A DNA stretch of 18,071 bases from Fidelibacterota bacterium (GTDB lineage Bacteria > Fidelibacterota > Fidelibacteria > Fidelibacterales > DSDE01): assembly GCA_046735395.1 (NCBI GenBank), contig JBJKQR010000083.1, forward strand, positions 1 to 18,071, read 5' to 3'. Below are positions 16,242-18,071 of the stretch, piece after piece (position 1 is the first letter of the stretch; each line of letters begins with the position of its first letter). Below the pieces are notes generated by a model. That model searched no databases. It was not told the DNA's origin and worked only from the letters and a program-made list of their open reading frames with translations. The translations under genes were made by a program, and so were the position numbers.

Positions 16242-17804
16242 ATGAAAAACGTGTTGGAAATTGCGTTGGCGCTTATGCTGGTCGGGCTCAGTTCCTGCGA
16301 CAATGCGGGGAATGTGGCACCGAAACTCTTATCTGCGGATCCTTCGTCCGTAAATGTGTATGAACCCTTCAGCTACACCGTTGTCACGGATGACGAAGAG
16401 GGTGATGCGGTGACGGTCTCTGTCGTTTCCATGCCGGAATTCCTGACCTGGAGTGACAGTACAATGACTCTGAGCGGAACTCCCCTCCTCGGAGACGCCG
16501 GTTCTCAGAGCGTTGTTCTTGATCTGTCGGACGGAACAGACTCCCGGCAGGTGACGCTCACCTTTACGGTAAATAATAATCTGGATATCAGCGAAGGGAT
16601 TGTCGTGCTGAATTCGGACGTCACAACCAATACGACCTGGACAAGTGACAAGGAATATCTCCTGGCCGATCAGGTTTTTGTGAAAAACGGAGCAACGCTG
16701 ACCATCCAGCCCGGAACGGTTATCAAGGGTGTTCCCGTGAACGCGGCCGGACTCGCCCCTGCCCTGATTATTGAAAAAGGCGCAAAAATCGAAGCTGTGG
16801 GAACCGCTGCTGCTCCCATCACCTTCACGTCTGCCCTGCCTGCCGACATGCTGCCCCGCCGCGGCACCTGGGGTGGTGTGATAATCCTGGGAAATGCCCC
16901 TACAAACGTGGGCGGCGAGAGTTTCGTGGAAGGCTTGGTCGGTGTTCCCTTCGGCGGAAATGATCCCGATGACAACAGCGGAACACTGAAATATGTCCGT
17001 GTCTGGTACGGAGGCCGTTCCATCGGTCAGGACAATGAAATCAACGGAATCACTCTGGCGGGCGTGGGCCGCGGAACGACCATCGATTACTGTGAAGTCG
17101 CCTTCAACGTGGATGACGGATTTGAATGTTTCGGAGGAACCGTCGATTTGAAACATTGTGATGTTCTCTTTGTGGGTGACGATGCTTTTGATACCGATCT
17201 GGGATATCGGGGCCGGGCTCAGTTTCTGTTTGGCCTCATCGGATCCGATGACGGAAACCGCGGTTTTGAAATGGATAATGACGGCAATAATATGGATGGA
17301 ACACCCCGCTCACATCCGACCTTTGCCAATGTCACGCTGGTGGGTGCCGGATCCGGCGCTGTCTGTGACAATGATGATATGATTCACCTTCGTGAAGGGA
17401 CCAGCGCTGATTTCCGGAATTTCATCATCTATGACGGCAAGGAAAATGGTGTGGGCATCAAGGATGCTCCGACACTGGCTCTCATCACAAATACAGCTCC
17501 CGCAGGAACCGACAATGATGACCTGTATTTTTCAGCAAATAATATCATTTTCGGCTGTGCTGCCCAGTTCGCGGACAGTTATGGAATCAGCGCACTGTCC
17601 ACGGATCCGGGATTTACAGTTACAGGTCGTGAAAATGGGTCGACGGTTGATCCCCGTCCCACAACGGATCTGGGAACCGTCGATGCCCTCATCGATGATG
17701 GCTTTTTCGATACGACAGTTGATTATAAAGGTGCATTCGCTCCCGCTGCAGAGCTTTGGTTAGCAGGCTGGTCATGGCTCAGTGAAGCCAACCGGCTTCC
17801 CTGA
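16242..17804 (+). CDS. Lipoprotein with putative Ig (He_PIG/cadherin-like) domain and a predicted beta-helix-like domain; partner of TBDR 2
   Basis: 520 aa, SD AAGGAG. Lipobox LSSC (Cys19 at 16296-16298). Ig-like segment FSYTVVTDDEEGDAVT..MPEFLTW..TLSGTP..LSDG. It is followed by GATLTIQPGTVIKG..ALIIEKGAKIEAVGT..PITFTS..WGGVIILGNA..DNSGTLKYVRV..NEINGITLAGVGRGT..DDGFECFGGTV..DDAFDTDLGYRG, a conserved uncharacterised family often seen beside TBDRs. Confidence 0.85.
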   Translation: MKNVLEIALALMLVGLSSCDNAGNVAPKLLSADPSSVNVYEPFSYTVVTDDEEGDAVTVSVVSMPEFLTWSDSTMTLSGTPLLGDAGSQSVVLDLSDGTDSRQVTLTFTVNNNLDISEGIVVLNSDVTTNTTWTSDKEYLLADQVFVKNGATLTIQPGTVIKGVPVNAAGLAPALIIEKGAKIEAVGTAAAPITFTSALPADMLPRRGTWGGVIILGNAPTNVGGESFVEGLVGVPFGGNDPDDNSGTLKYVRVWYGGRSIGQDNEINGITLAGVGRGTTIDYCEVAFNVDDGFECFGGTVDLKHCDVLFVGDDAFDTDLGYRGRAQFLFGLIGSDDGNRGFEMDNDGNNMDGTPRSHPTFANVTLVGAGSGAVCDNDDMIHLREGTSADFRNFIIYDGKENGVGIKDAPTLALITNTAPAGTDNDDLYFSANNIIFGCAAQFADSYGISALSTDPGFTVTGRENGSTVDPRPTTDLGTVDALIDDGFFDTTVDYKGAFAPAAELWLAGWSWLSEANRLP

Positions 17805-17833
17805 ATCATTTCACTGCAGCGTTTATCACATAG

Positions 17834-17868
17834 AAAGCCGGGTTCTCCCCACCCGGCTTTTTTCTTTT
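17834..17868 (+). terminator. Rho-independent terminator
   Basis: AAAGCCGGGT-TCTCCCC-ACCCGGCTTT perfect 10-bp stem followed by TTTCTTTT, 29 nt after the stop at 17804. Confidence 0.92.
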
Positions 17869-17931
17869 CCTCTGAAAAAATTCTTAGGCAGGCACCGGCT
17901 TCTGAAAAGCCGTGAGATTGAAAGGCGGGTC

Positions 17932-17960
17932 TTGCCAAAGCAACGCTGAATACCTAATTT
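17932..17960 (+). promoter_or_regulatory. Putative sigma70-type promoter of etfB
   Basis: TTGCCA (17932-17937)-N17-TAATTT (17955-17960), 35 nt before the start codon. Confidence 0.6.
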
Positions 17961-17995
17961 ACGGCAAAGGTTAATTACCAGAAGGGAGGATCAAT

Positions 17996-18071
17996 TTGAA
18001 AATCCTTGTGTGTGTGAAACAGGTCCCTGATACGGAGACAAAAGTCAAAATTTCCGGGGACGGACGGACTC
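17996..18071 (+). CDS. etfB: Electron transfer flavoprotein beta subunit (EtfB/FixA), 5' fragment
   Basis: Not in the ORF track. TTG start 6 nt after SD GGAGG (17985-17989). It translates as MKILVCVKQVPDTETKVKISGDGRT, the characteristic EtfB N-terminus (VCVKQVPDT). Confidence 0.92.
   Translation, partial: MKILVCVKQVPDTETKVKISGDGRT

Noticed and set aside
3817..17156. Long minus-strand ORFs inside the plus-strand genes (e.g. 8688..9884 398 aa, 14436..15278, 16329..17156, 4105..4755, 12095..12718)
   Set aside because: They lie fully antisense to well-supported genes and have no recognisable motifs. They are typical codon-bias shadows.
2879..17995. Mobile element or genomic island with defined ends
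   Set aside because: No integrase, transposase, tRNA or terminal repeats were seen. Insertion remains only a synteny hypothesis.

Overview
Bacterial chromosomal window, about 95% coding. It most likely comes from a non-Bacteroidia FCB-superphylum lineage (Marinimicrobia/KSB1/Calditrichota/Ignavibacteria-like). This is inferred from T9SS/FlgD-Ig-type C-terminal domains plus a PorV-family gene, together with clear Shine-Dalgarno sites. Left (minus strand): a FadF-like membrane-bound Fe-S/CCG oxidoreductase followed by a patatin-like (RssA-type) phospholipase, which runs off the left edge and is missing from the ORF track. Centre (plus strand): a four-gene outer-membrane operon closed by an intrinsic terminator. 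It encodes a TonB-dependent receptor, a 1310-aa acidic secreted protein with Ca-binding-like repeats, FN3 and a sorting-like C-terminus, a PorV/PorQ-family barrel, and a secreted protein with about four CBM-like modules and a T9SS-type CTD. Next is a two-gene unit (second TonB-dependent receptor plus an Ig/beta-helix lipoprotein), preceded by 11-bp-phased TCTAACC direct repeats and closed by a terminator. Right edge: the start of etfB (TTG start), also missing from the ORF track. The best candidate for an undescribed system is the SusD-less, PorV/T9SS-linked TonB-dependent uptake operon at 3349-13141. No rRNA, tRNA, CRISPR or mobile-element genes were seen. All assignments come from reading motifs by eye; no database searches were run.
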